NCBI GenBank assembly: GCA_050084515.1
Contig: CM114271.1
Location: 14,880,001 to 14,944,000, forward strand
Source of the DNA: Blasia pusilla
Taxonomy: Eukaryota
Direction: 5' to 3'
Length of the DNA: 64,000 nucleotides
This document shows, in pieces, positions 1-11,947 of this stretch. The notes under the pieces were generated by a model. It worked only from the letters and a program-made list of their open reading frames with translations, was not told the DNA's origin and did no database searches. Position 1 is the first letter of the stretch. Every line of letters starts with the position of its first letter. A program made the position numbers and the translations under genes.

Positions 1-346
1 GCAAAGCAGCTTCTATAACTCTTGAGGAACAGATGTATTCGGCGCCGCTCTCCTCCTGTTAACTTAGGGCCCATATCTCGCTCCCAAGTCTCCATCGTGA
101 CTACGGTAGGACTCTCCGACGCGGGTATTGGTGGTTGCTATGGTGCAACCCTATCTCAAACAACAACACTCGGGCGCTCTCTGCAAGCCAATTGCAAACT
201 CTTATCTCCTCCACGTGCAGTGCCTGAAACCACGCTCGATGATGTGGCTATCATCTCCTTGCGTACCTGCAAAACATCCCAAGAAGTGCAAGGGTGTCTC
301 TCCTGATCTCCCCCCAAGATCTCTTGGGTCTCGTGACCACTACCTC
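1..346 (-). mobile_element. Family B (DNMT-Gypsy) copy B1, distal fragment: linker between DNMT and RT
   Basis: Reverse complement matches about 56840-57155 and 60310-60660 (e.g. VAP*QPP...SPTVVTMETWE). Joins family A sequence at about 341-346 (tacctc). Confidence 0.85.
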
Positions 347-1860
347 AGGTAAAAGAGGAGCTTTGGGGAGTTGTCGCAATGAAAGGCGAGAAGGAGTATC
401 TTATGGGAGCCTATGTATTGCTTGAGGTTGATTGTCTACCTTTGTTAGGTATGATTGCATTGTACGACTCAGATATAGCCATGCTACGTTGGATAGCCTA
501 CATTAGGTCCTTGAATCCACAATTGAAGCATATAGTGGGAAAGAGAACTCAGAGAGCCGACATGTTGTCTAGAGCTAGATTTAGTCAAGAAGAAGATATG
601 GAGGCAAATCGAGATAGATGAGGATGATGCACATGTGTGGCAAGTGTTATCTCAAGAACGAGGTGGCATAGAGGATGTTCTAGCCTTCAAAGAGGATTTG
701 TATGAGGGGGTTAAAAGAAATTGGCGCTATTTAAGCACTCAAAGAGATGGAGGGTGGATAGAAAAGTTCTTCAAGGAGATTCGGCACAAATGGCTATCTA
801 CTACAAGATGGATATCTTTGGAAAAGGCCAAAGAGGAAAGATGGAATGCCCTTGAGGGTGGTGGATAACAATGGGACAAAAATGCAAGTGCTCAAAGAAT
901 TCCCACAATTCTTTATGGGCAAAACAGGTACTTGGGCAACTTTCACCAAGATAAAAGAGAGGTATTGGTGGAAAGGCCTATATAAGGATGTTGAGAGATA
1001 TGTTGGGTCGTGTGTTGAATGTCGTTTCAATCAAAAATCAGAGTGAGAGATGGACTTAAACCCACGTATCCTTTGTCTATTCATCATCAATGGGTTATAC
1101 ATCTAGTTGCTATGCCACTAGGTCTTTGGGGAATGCGTTACTGGTCCTAGCACGATAAGAGTTGTCCAACTTTGTAGAAGGGAGGGTTTTTACGGCCAAA
1201 AACAACAGAGCCTATATGTCGTTTTATTCTAGAGGATATTGTTGCTAGATATGGGAGGTCGGGAGAATCCGATAGAGGTGAGTTGAATGCGGAGGAAGCA
1301 CGAGAGTTCTTCAGAGATATGGAGTCAGTTGAGATTAACCCGGAGGCAAACGCGGCAAGAAGGGGACATCCGCCAATCAAGTTGAGTGGAGATCCATGTT
1401 ATGGTGATTGGCCTAGATTAAATCCAAAGATCGTTCACGAGGGTTCATGCCAAGTTGATACATGGCAGAAGGAGATATACCCACTTGGATGGGTTTGTGC
1501 TCAATAGGGAAGAGCTCGGCACTTCGAATGCGGAAATAGAGCGGCGGGAAGAGGATATTGCGAAGCGTTAGTTTGAATGAAGGAAGCAAGGTTGAAAAAT
1601 AAGGAGCGCCGACAAAACTCATCGACTTCGGAAGGAGCCGATAAGAGAAAGATTGGGTCTTGGTGCACGACAACGCCTTGACAACCAAAGATAGTACAAT
1701 TAAGAAGTTTGCACGTTGGTTTGGTCCATATGTTATAGTCTTTGCTTTTGACAATGCCACTTACAAACTACGTGAACTAGATGGCACAATTCTCAAGCCG
1801 CCCATTGCATGAAAAAGGGTCAAGATTTTGTTGAAGGATTTCTTGATTTATTGAAGTTTC
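341..1860 (+). pseudogene. Family A Ty3/Gypsy pol fragment (RNase H - integrase), many frameshifts
   Basis: Near-identical to 10211-11850 apart from small indels. Motifs EVDCLPLLGM, ADMLSR, YWWKGLYKDVERYVGSCVEC. Confidence 0.9.
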
Positions 1861-1899
1861 ATAAGTAAGTCTATAGCAAGAAGTCTTGATGTTTTTATT

Positions 1900-3090
1900 A
1901 GGAGTTTAAATTGGCTTAGAAAAAGGAGATTCTTATGTTTATGGTGCCTCTTTTATGCGGGCCCAACTTTAGGAAAAGGAGGTAATAAATAAAAGATGAC
2001 TTTATAAAAGTAAAGTAGTTGCTTTAATGAAAAGAAAAAGTAGTCTTGGTTGGTGGCTAGGTTAGTTGGGGTAATTTGGAAAATATCATGTGGATAAAAA
2101 AGGATATTTTGGAAGAGATAAGAGGAAATCTACTTGTGTCAAAATGTGATTGGCTAAGCCTTGAGAGGAAGCCATGTGGCACAAGATAAGATAAGCTCTA
2201 TTTCGTACTCTTGTGGATCCCTTGTGAGTATATAAAGAGGAGGGACCTTCAAGGGTTCATCACCTTCTATTCCACATCTTGAGTCTCTCGTGTCTTTCTT
2301 GAGTGTATGGCTTTGGGATTGCTTGCTCTTCCAATGAGAGTGGATCACCCTCTTGGGAGAGTAACTTGATCATGGTCTATTCTTGAGAGGTTTCTAGAGT
2401 GTGGTGTGTGTGTGTGGGGGGATGAGAGGTTTGTCACCGAGAGAGGATTTTAGTCATACTAAAATAGCGGATGTTTTGGCTTGTTACTTTCCCAATGAGA
2501 GTGGATTACCCTCTTGGGAGAATAACTCCGCCAAAACCCATTCTTGAGGAGAGTAGAGAATGTCTGTCAAGCATGGATAGGGGTGGAGCACGTGTGCCCG
2601 ACTTTCCTTTCCTCAATCCTTACCATGTCAAGGTACTCTTTGTAGATAGGCACCTTTCGATTCACTCGCTATTTAGTTTATCACGTTGGGAGGCGTTCAT
2701 GAACCAGGTCATGCAATCTCCAACTCGGTGATTCTTCCTATCGTCACATATGGAAGGACATGGGATTGTACTTTGTATGTCCTTATATAGCGATCCATGG
2801 ATGTCAATAGGCCTGGTCAAGTAGGCTTTAACACTAGTTGTGATATCTTCCTCGTGTACAAACGTAAAATAGTTTATAGGATTTTATAGTTAGGAATTTG
2901 AGGTCCGATGTTACGAAGAAGTGATCGCCTCGGCACTTCCATTTGTGATACCATCGTGAGAGAATGGAGAGTGTACATCATAATTTTGTATTGAAAAAGG
3001 AGAACTTATTAGAGATTTCACCTTGCATCGACCGCATCTACCGCAGCTAGAAGGCCCGCCCTTGCTCGAAGAAAGATTCTCGACACGACA
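1900..3090 (+). repeat. Family A LTR, copy 1 (about 1.2 kb; 5' edge blurred)
   Basis: Direct repeat of 4990-6075 and 11948-13133. Ends ...CGACACGACA. Contains TATAAA, a (GT)n tract and a duplicated ccaatgagagtggat..ccctcttgggaga motif. Confidence 0.9.
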
Positions 3091-3092
3091 AA

Positions 3093-3113
3093 TGGTGCTT
3101 CCACTGAGAGCTC
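3093..3113 (+). promoter_or_regulatory. Putative primer-binding site of family A (TGGTGCTTCCACTGAGAGCTC)
   Basis: Starts with TGG two bases after the LTR end. A degraded version follows LTR copy 2. It is absent after LTR copy 3. Confidence 0.7.
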
Positions 3114-3129
3114 TTTGAGGCGGTAGTTT

Positions 3130-4930
3130 GTGTTTGCAAGTTGGAGTCGTATCAAGATGACTATTTTTGGGAGTACTTCATCAATGGGAATTGAGGGAGC
3201 TGAGGATCTTCTCCAAACTTTGACAACATTGTTGAGCCAACAAGGAGGAGTTCACATCGGAGAGCAAAGATCAACAAAGGCTCTCCAAGCGATTGTGAAG
3301 AAGTTGGGGAGATTTGATGGCAGGAACATCACCAAGTATGTTCGAGAGTACGTTTGTGAGATGGAGGTAAACCGTGTACCCGAAGGTGATATGGTGTCAA
3401 GTTTTGAGTTAGCTGTAATACCAGAGATCCATAGTCAAGTAAAGAAGTTGAAAGCAGAAAATCCAACCTCATGAGAGGAGTACGAACAGTTGCTAAAAGG
3501 AGAATTCTTCGATGATGATGTGGATCGGGTGACTAAGAGGAGTTTTCTAGAATGGATAGAGCAACGTCCAGGGAAGGGAATGACTCCAAATGAATTGTTG
3601 CGAGAGTTTGAGAAGCGGTTTTTTCAGCTTTCTCCTTCTGAAAGGGCAACTCTAGACTTGAGGAAAACCGAGTTATTCCTTGAGGCGGCAGATGAGAATT
3701 TGGAGGACAAGCTTTTCATAATTTTGGCGGACAAGAATGAAGAAGGAGGTGTCACCACTAATTGGAAGAAAGTGGAAGAAGCTGTTGCTATCCTCACAAA
3801 GCAAAGTCGAAGTAGAGGTAGAACCACAGTATTCAAGTCGGAGGTACCAATTTCAAATCCATTGCCTAAGCCCATGCCTGCAAAGCTTGAAGATTCTACC
3901 ATTGATGAGTTGGTGAAAGGTTTGAGAGAGTTGAGAGTAGAAATGGCTGAGCTTAAACTTGATAGGAGTCCTAGTGTTGGTGCTCCTTCAACAAGTAAGA
4001 ACTTTGTGAGAAGATGTATATGGTGTGATGGTGTTGAGCATCAACGTCGAGAATGTGAGGAATTTTCAGAAGCTCTTAGAAATGGAATAGTAAACTTCAA
4101 AGATGGGAAGATTCATTCAACGCAAACTGGTATACCGTTGAATACCAACTTTGGTAGAGGAGGTATGAAAGGCTTAGTGAGAAGTCAAGTAGGAGTTGCC
4201 ACTACGACATTAGATTCTGATACCTTTGTAGTAAAAATTGAAGCGCCTCTTGTATCTCTAGCTAAAAGTGAATCATTAGAATTTCCTCAAGAAGTTATGA
4301 TACGAGGGGCAGAGACTATCCGTCATCTGACTGGATGGGATGATCCAGTGGAAGCTGTGTGTGTTAAAGCATACCTAGCACAAGAGAAACATGTGAGTTG
4401 GCAAGATGCTAGTGTGGAGGAGAAGAGGAGACGCGACAATGATGGTGTTGATGTTGAGGAAGCCGCAAGAAGAGCAAGGACCTTAAGAAGAAAAGGACAA
4501 CCGGAGGCGCAAATGACCATCAAGAGAAGAAGGACCTTCCACATCTGAATACTGAGGGAAAATGTCAAAGAAGAGGACCAAGGAGAACGAATTGAGGTCT
4601 CCTCAGAAGACCAAGGGTAAGACTCCTACATACAAGTTTAACTGACATCGAGACAAGCACGAATTTAAAGGAGATTCTTGAGGAGAGGATTTGGATAAAA
4701 TAGAATTTTCTTTGAGGGAAGTCTTGGGCATAGCCAAACGTGACTTTTATGAGTTGATCATAGATGTGATCAAAAGGAAGAGGCAAATGACTGCAGATAT
4801 GGTGATGGTGAGAATGACATGGAAGAAGAAGATGAAGAGCTTTGCCAAGTGTTTGGACAAAAGCTTGACTTACGGGAAAAGAGGTGAGAGTGTTGATGAT
4901 GAACAAGGTGAAGAAAGGCTTAAAAGATTC
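3130..4930 (+). pseudogene. Family A gag, truncated copy
   Basis: ORFs 3130-3474 and 3490-4548 with FDGRNITKY and a Cys/His knuckle-like CIWCDGVEHQRREC. Duplicate of about 6110-7870. Confidence 0.85.
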
Positions 4931-4989
4931 TGAGAGAGATTTTTGAGAAAAAGATTTTCTTTGATAGTCTTGAAGTGAGGTGGTGAACA

Positions 4990-6075
4990 CCAATAAATAA
5001 AGATGACTTTATAAAAAGTTGTTTTTAATGAAAAAAAAAGTAGTCTTGGTTGGTGGCTAGGTTAGTTGGGGGTAATTTGGAAAATATCATGTGGGATAAA
5101 AGGATATTTTGGAAGAGATGAAAGAGAAATCTACTTGTGTCAAAATGTGATTGGCTAACTTGAGGAGGAAGCCATGAGCACAAGATAAGATAAGCTCTAG
5201 GTACTCTTGTGGATCCTTGTGAGTATATAAAGAGGAGGGACCTTCAAGGGTTCATCACCTTCTATTCCACATCTTGAGTCTCTCGTGTCTTTCTTGAGTG
5301 TATGGCTTTGGGATTGCTTGCTCTTCCAATGAGAGTGGATCACCCCTCTTGGGAGAGTAACTTGATCATGGTCTATTCTTGAGAGGTTTCTAGAGTGTGG
5401 TGTGTGTGTGTGGGGATGAGAGGTTTGTCAATGAGAGGAGTTTAGTCATACTAAAATAGCGGATGTTTTGGCTTGTTACTTTCCCAATGAGAGTGGATTA
5501 CCCTCTTGGGAGAATAACTCCGCCAAAACCCATTCTTGAGGAGAGTAGAGAATGTCATCAAGCATGGATAGGGGTGGAGCAAGTGCCCGACTTTCCTTTC
5601 CTCAATCCTTACCATGTCAAGGTACTCTTTGTAGATAGGCCTGGTTCACTCGCTATTTAGTTTATCACGTTGGGGCGCGTTCATGAACCAGGTCATGCAA
5701 TCTCCAACTCGGTGATTCTTCCTATCGTCACATATGGAAGGACATGGGATTGTACTTTGTATGTCCTTATATAGCGATCCATGGATGTCAATAGGCCTGG
5801 TCAAGTAGGCTTTAACACTAGTTGTGATATCTTCCTCGTGTACAAACGTAAAATAGTTTATAGGGATTTTATAGTTAGGAATTTTCAGAAGGGTCGATGT
5901 TTGAAGAAGTGATCGCCTCGGCACTTCCATTTGTGATAATTCGTGAGAGAATGGAGAGTGTACATCATAATTTTGTATTGAAAAAGGAGAACTTATTAGA
6001 GATTTCACCTTGCATCGAGCATCTACATGACTAGAAGGCCCGCCCTTGCTCGAAGAAAGATTCTAAACCACGACA
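4990..6075 (+). repeat. Family A LTR, copy 2 (5' truncated)
   Basis: Direct repeat of 1985-3090. Ends CACGACA, followed by aatggtg. Confidence 0.9.
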
Positions 6076-8663
6076 AATGGTGGAGAGCTCTTTGAGGCGG
6101 TAGTTTGTGTTTGCAAGTTGGAGTCGTATCAAGATGACTATTTTTGGGAGTACTTCATCAATGGGAATTGAGGGGCTGAGGATCTTCTCCAAACTTTGAC
6201 AACATTGTTGAGCCAACAAGGAGGAGTTCACATCGGAGAGCAAAGATCAACAAAGGCTCTCAAGCGATTGTGAAGAAGTTGGGGAGATTTGATGGCGAGA
6301 ACATCACCAAGTATGTTCGAAATGCGTTTGTGAGATGGAGGTAAACCGTGTACCGAAGGTGATATGGTGTCTGTACCAGAGATCCATAGTCAAGTAAAGA
6401 AGTTGAAAGCGAAAATCCAACCTCATGAGAGATTGCTAAAAGGAGAATTCTTCGATGATGATGTGGATCGGGTGACTAAGAGGAGTTTTCTAGAATGGAT
6501 AGAGCAACGTCGAGGAAGGGAATGACTCCAAATGAATTGTTGCGAGAGTTTTGAAGCGGTTTTTCAGCTTTCTTCTCGAAGGGCAACTCTAGACTTGAGG
6601 AAAAAGTTATTCCTTGAGGCAGATGAGAATTTGGAGGACAAGCTTTTCATAATTTTAGCGGACAAGAATGAAGAAGGAGGTGTCACCACTAATTGGAAGA
6701 AAGTGGAAGAAGTTGCTATCCTCACAAAGCAAAGTCAAGTAGAGGTAGAACCCAAGTATTCAAGTCGGAGGTACCAATTTCAAATCCATTGCCTAAGCCC
6801 ATGCAAAGCTTGAAGATTCTACCATTGATGAGTTGGTGAAAGGTTTGAGAGAGTTGAGAGTAGAAATGGTGAGCTTAAACTTGATAGGAGTCCTAGTGTT
6901 GGTGCTCCTTCAACAAGTAAGAACTTTGTGAGAAGATGTATATGGTGTGATGGTGTTGAGCATCAACGTCGAGAATGTGAGGAATTTTCAGAAGCTCTTA
7001 GAAATGGAATAGTAAACTTCAAAGATGGGAAGATTCATTCAAGCATGGCTGGTATACCGTTGAATACCAACTTTGGTAGAGGAGGTATGAAAGGCTTAGT
7101 GAGAAGTCAAGTAGGAGTTGCCACTACGACATTAGATTCGATACCTTTGTAGTAAAAATTGAAGCGCCTCTTGTATCTCTAGCTAAAAAGTGAATCATTA
7201 GAATTTCCTCAAGAAGTTATGATACGAGGGCAAGAGACTATCCGTCATCATCTGGATGGGATGATCCAGTGGAAGTGTGTGTGTTAAAGCATACCTAGCA
7301 CAAGAGAAACATGTGAGTTGGCAAGATGCTAGTGTGGAGGAGAAGAGGAGACGCGACAATGATGGTGTTGATGTTGAGGAAGCCGCAAGAAGAGCAAGGA
7401 CCTTAAGAAGAAAAAGGACAACCGGAGGCGCTTGACCATCAAGAGAAGAAGGACCTTCCACATCTGAATCTGTGAGGGATTCTCATGTCAAAGAAGCGAG
7501 GGACCAAGGAGAAGCAATTGAGGTCTCCTCGAAGACCAAGGGTAAGACTCCTACATACAAGTCTTAAGCAATCGATATCGAGACAAGCACGAATTTAAAG
7601 GAGATTCTTGAGGAGAGGATTTTGGATGCGAAAATAGAATTTTCTTTGAGGGAAGTCTTGGGCATAGCCAAACGTGACTTTTATGAGTTGATCATAGATG
7701 TGATCAAAAGGAAGAGGCAAATGACTGCAGATATGGTGATGGTGAGAGCTTTGGATACTGACATCACAGAAGAAGAAGATGAAGAGCTTTGCCAAGTGTT
7801 TGGACAAAAGCTTGACTTACGGGGAAAAGAGGTGAGAGTAGGAGAAGCCTTGACAGAACAAGGTGAAGAAAGGCATAATGATGGACACTATTCTCGATCA
7901 TATTAGCGCGTGCAACGACGGAGGCTAGAGTTCGACTTGGCTCTCTTCAAGAGTCAGTTCTGGCTCTCGTTGATCATGGTTCGGAGATCAACATCATGTC
8001 GCGAAGTGTGTACGACAAAGGGATGTGGCCAATTGATACAGGGCATGGATGGGTACTACGAGCGGCTAACAACCAAAAAGGTGAACTCTATGGTGCTTGT
8101 CCATCCGTCAAAACTCAGATCGGAGATGTGTTGATTGAGCAAAATTTCTTTGTTCACAATGGAGTCGCTTATCCTGTGATTCTTGGGCAACCTTACATCA
8201 CAAAGATCTAGAATGGAGACCAAAGTCATGGATGATGGGTCTCATTATGCCCGTATTAGAAGTCGAGGATGGAACAAGATCAATTCAATTCCTTCTGCAT
8301 TTAATAGGTCATGAAAGGAATAGAGAGAAGTTGAGAGATGGTCCTATGAAGGTAGAGAAAGAGTTTTGGATTTTTAGTTAGCACTCCTATAGAGCGGGAA
8401 TATGGGGGGTGCAGAGAATAGAAAGAGTCTTCCGCTATTAGAGGGTAAGAATCATATATGTTTAGGTGTGGGTTTTCTCAATGTTTTTCTTCGTGGTCTA
8501 ATAGATTCCAAATGATGAAAGAAATGAATGAAAAGAAAAGACGTTTTATAAAAAAAAAGGAGGGTTTGTTAAAATGTGAGGGTGTTCTATTAGATGAAGA
8601 GTTCATTAGTGGGATGTATGAAGAAGAGGGTTTTGGAGATAGTCTTGAAGAGGTGTTTACCGG

Positions 8664-10067
8664 ATGAACACCGATTATTTGGATAGAAGTGTGATTGCAA
8701 TTCACTCGCGTGAGTTGCATGAAGAGATATCAAGGTTCATGGAAGGAGAAAATGAATATGAATCTACGGAGAAGGAAGCGGATGGGCACGGGTTTGAGTC
8801 TGACGAACATCCCATGGAGGCACGAGTGCACACAAAATACAATACGATGGCCCGAAAAGTGAAGCCAATGGCTACTCAACTACCAGAGGGTTGTGGGAAA
8901 CAAGTAGAACATGCATCAATGGAGCCAAGTCTGCGGGATGTCAGGAAGATTGGACACAAGTTCACAGAAGAGACGCTAGATCCTTTGCAAATTGGAGGGG
9001 GTGAGTTTCTCACAGAAATTGAAAGGAAATGCTTTCGGGAGATGTTAAGGAGACATGGTAAGGCTTTCTCTTTTACTACACAAGAAATTGGTCGTGTAGA
9101 CACGAGTGTGGTGGCACCGATGGTAATTTTCACAGTTCCACATGTGCCTTGGGATTTGAAACCCATACCAGTACCACGAGCTATGATTCCCAAGCTGATT
9201 GAGTTATTGAAGGAGAAGATGCAGATGGGTATCTTAGAGCCATCTATGGGGCCTTACTCGAGTCGATGGTTCACTGTGCCGAAGAAATCAGGAGCTCTCC
9301 GGTTCATTCAAGATATGCAACCAGCAAATAAGGTAACCATTCGAAATATGGGAGCAGGGCCTAGAATAGATGAAGTCGCAGAAGCTTTTGCAGCCCGTGC
9401 TATCTATTCTATAGGAGATTTGCACTCGGGATATGATCAATTCCAATTAGCTACAGAGAGTAGAAATATTACCACTATGCGCACTCCATTTGGGCTTGTA
9501 AGAATGTGCACATTACCTCAAGGAGCAACAAATTCTGTCGCTCACATGCAGAGTGCAATGAATAAGATCTTGAGAGAGTTCATTCCTGAGAAAACCATTC
9601 CTTTTATAGATGATATCCCTATAAAGGGGTGTGCAATAGAAGATAGGATTGAGAGGATTGTGAAAGATGGATGTAGAAAGTTTGTGTCTGATCATATTCG
9701 AGATGTGGATATGATCCCAACAAGACTACAAGAGGTCAATCTTACTCTTTGTGGAGAAAAGTGTAGCTTTGGGGTTCCTCAGATCGTGGTAGTGGGTCAT
9801 CTTTGTGAAGAGTTTGGCCGAAAACCAAATCCAGCAAAAGTTGATGTCATTGGGAGGATACGAGAATGCAAAAACGTCACCGAAGTGAGAAGGTTTTTAG
9901 GAGCTTGTGGGTTCTATCAGGTGTGGATTCCTCATTTTGGCCACATATCTGATCCTTTGTATGAGTTGTTGAGAAAGAAGAAGAAGTTCACTTGGGAGAA
10001 GAAGCAAAGAGCGACAATGATGCGATTGAAGGAGGCATTCAAGTCGCCACCGGTTCTCGACAAATGA
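8664..10067 (+). CDS. Family A reverse transcriptase (part of pol)
   Basis: Motifs YSSRWFTVPKKSG, RFIQDMQPAN, SIGDLHSGYDQ, LPQGATNS, PFIDDIPIK, EVRRFLGACGFY. Confidence 0.93.
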   Translation: MNTDYLDRSVIAIHSRELHEEISRFMEGENEYESTEKEADGHGFESDEHPMEARVHTKYNTMARKVKPMATQLPEGCGKQVEHASMEPSLRDVRKIGHKFTEETLDPLQIGGGEFLTEIERKCFREMLRRHGKAFSFTTQEIGRVDTSVVAPMVIFTVPHVPWDLKPIPVPRAMIPKLIELLKEKMQMGILEPSMGPYSSRWFTVPKKSGALRFIQDMQPANKVTIRNMGAGPRIDEVAEAFAARAIYSIGDLHSGYDQFQLATESRNITTMRTPFGLVRMCTLPQGATNSVAHMQSAMNKILREFIPEKTIPFIDDIPIKGCAIEDRIERIVKDGCRKFVSDHIRDVDMIPTRLQEVNLTLCGEKCSFGVPQIVVVGHLCEEFGRKPNPAKVDVIGRIRECKNVTEVRRFLGACGFYQVWIPHFGHISDPLYELLRKKKKFTWEKKQRATMMRLKEAFKSPPVLDK

Positions 10068-11850
10068 GCTACGAATGCGGACGACCTATTATCATCACAG
10101 TGGACACTAGCCCTATTGCTATCGGATGGGCAGTTGGGCAGGATGACGCGGAAGGAAGAAGATTTGCGACAAGGTTTGGAGCTCGTACACTTACTTTAAC
10201 GAGCAGGAGGTACCCTCAGGTAAAGAGGGAGCTTTGGGGAGTTGTAACTGCAATGAAAGCTGAGAAGGAGTATCTTATGGGAGCCTATGTATTGCTTGAG
10301 GTTGATTGTCTACCTTTGTTAGGTATGATTGCGAATTGTACGACTCCAGATATAGCCATGCTACGTTGGATAGCCTACATTAGGTCCTTGAATCCACAAT
10401 TGAAGCATATAGCTGGGAAAGAGAACTCAGTAGCTGACATGTTGTCTAGAGCTAGATTTAGTCAAGAAGAAGATATGGAGGCAACTGAGATAGATGAGGA
10501 TGATGCACATGTGTGGCAAGTGTTATCTCAAGAACGAGGTGGCATAGAGGATGTTCTAGCCTTCAAAGAGGATTTGTATGAGGGCAGGTTAAAAGAAATT
10601 GGGCGCTATTTAAGCACTCTGCAAAGAGATGGAGGGTGGATAGAAAAGTTCTTCAAGGAGATTCGGCACAAGGCGTATGGCTATCTACTACAAGATGGAT
10701 ATCTTTGGAAAAGGCCAAAGAGGAAAGATGGAATGCCCTTGAGGGTGGTGGATAACAATGGGACAAAAATGCAAGTGCTCAAAGAATTCCACAATTCTTT
10801 ATGGGCAGGTCACAGAGGTACTTGGGCAACTTTCACCAAGATAAAAGAGAGGTATTGGTGGAAAGGCCTATATAAGGATGTTGAGAGATATGTTGGGTCG
10901 TGTGTTGAATGTCAGTTTCAATCAAAAATCAGAGTGAGAGATGGACTTAAACCCACGTATCCTTTGTCTATTCATCATCAATGGGTTATACATCTAGTTG
11001 CTATGCCACTAGGTCTTTGGGGAATGCGTTACCTGGTCCTAGCACGATAAGAGTTGTCCAACTTTGTAGAAGGGAGGGCTTTACGGGCTAAAACAACAGA
11101 GCCTATATGTCGTTTTATTCTAGAGGATATTGTTGCTAGATATGGGAGTGTCGGGAGAATCCGTGCAGATAGAGGTGAGTTGAATGCGGAGGAAGCACGA
11201 GAGTTCTTCAGGAGATATGGAGTCCAGTTGAGATTAACCCGGAGGCAAACGGCAAGAGCGAAAGGGGACATCCGCCAATCATTCAAGCATTGGTAAAGGC
11301 GTGTGGAGATCGTTATGGTGATTGGCCTAGATTACTTCCATTTGCTTTATGGGCAGATAGAACCACTCACAAAGGCCGTTCACGGGGTTCATGCCTACAG
11401 AGTTGATGACAGGTCAAAAGCCGATAATGCCAACAGAAGGAGATATACCCACTTGGATGGGTTTGTCGTGGGAAGACGGGCTCAATAGGGAAGAGCTCCT
11501 GGCACTTCGAATGCAGCAGCTAGAGCGGCGGGAAGAGGATATTGCAGAAGCGTTAGTTTGAATGAAGGAAGCAAGGTTGAAAAATAAGGAGCGCTTCGAC
11601 AAAACTCATCGACTTCGGAAGGAGCCGATAAGAGAAGGAGATTGGGTCTTGGTGCACGACAACAGCCTTGACAACCAGCATAGTACAATTAAGAAGTTTG
11701 CACGTCGTTGGTTTGGTCCATATGTTATAGTCTTTGCTTTTGACAATGCCACTTACAAACTACGTGAACTAGATGGCACAATTCTCAAGCTGCCCATTGC
11801 ATGAAAAAGGGTCAAGATTTTCCGTAGACGTGAAGGATTTCTTGATTTCG
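9992..11850 (+). pseudogene. Family A RNase H - integrase (frameshifted from RT, internal stops)
   Basis: IITVDTSPIAIG, KRELWG, HNSLWAGHRG...CVEC zinc-binding region, IRADRGE core, RRWFGPY (GPY/F) tail. Confidence 0.9.
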
Positions 11851-11947
11851 ATTGAATGTGTCTAGAGGCACAACATAAGTAAGTCTATAGCAAGAAGTCT
11901 TGATGTTTTTGGGCACATACCGAAGGATGTGCAGGTTTGGAGGGGGT

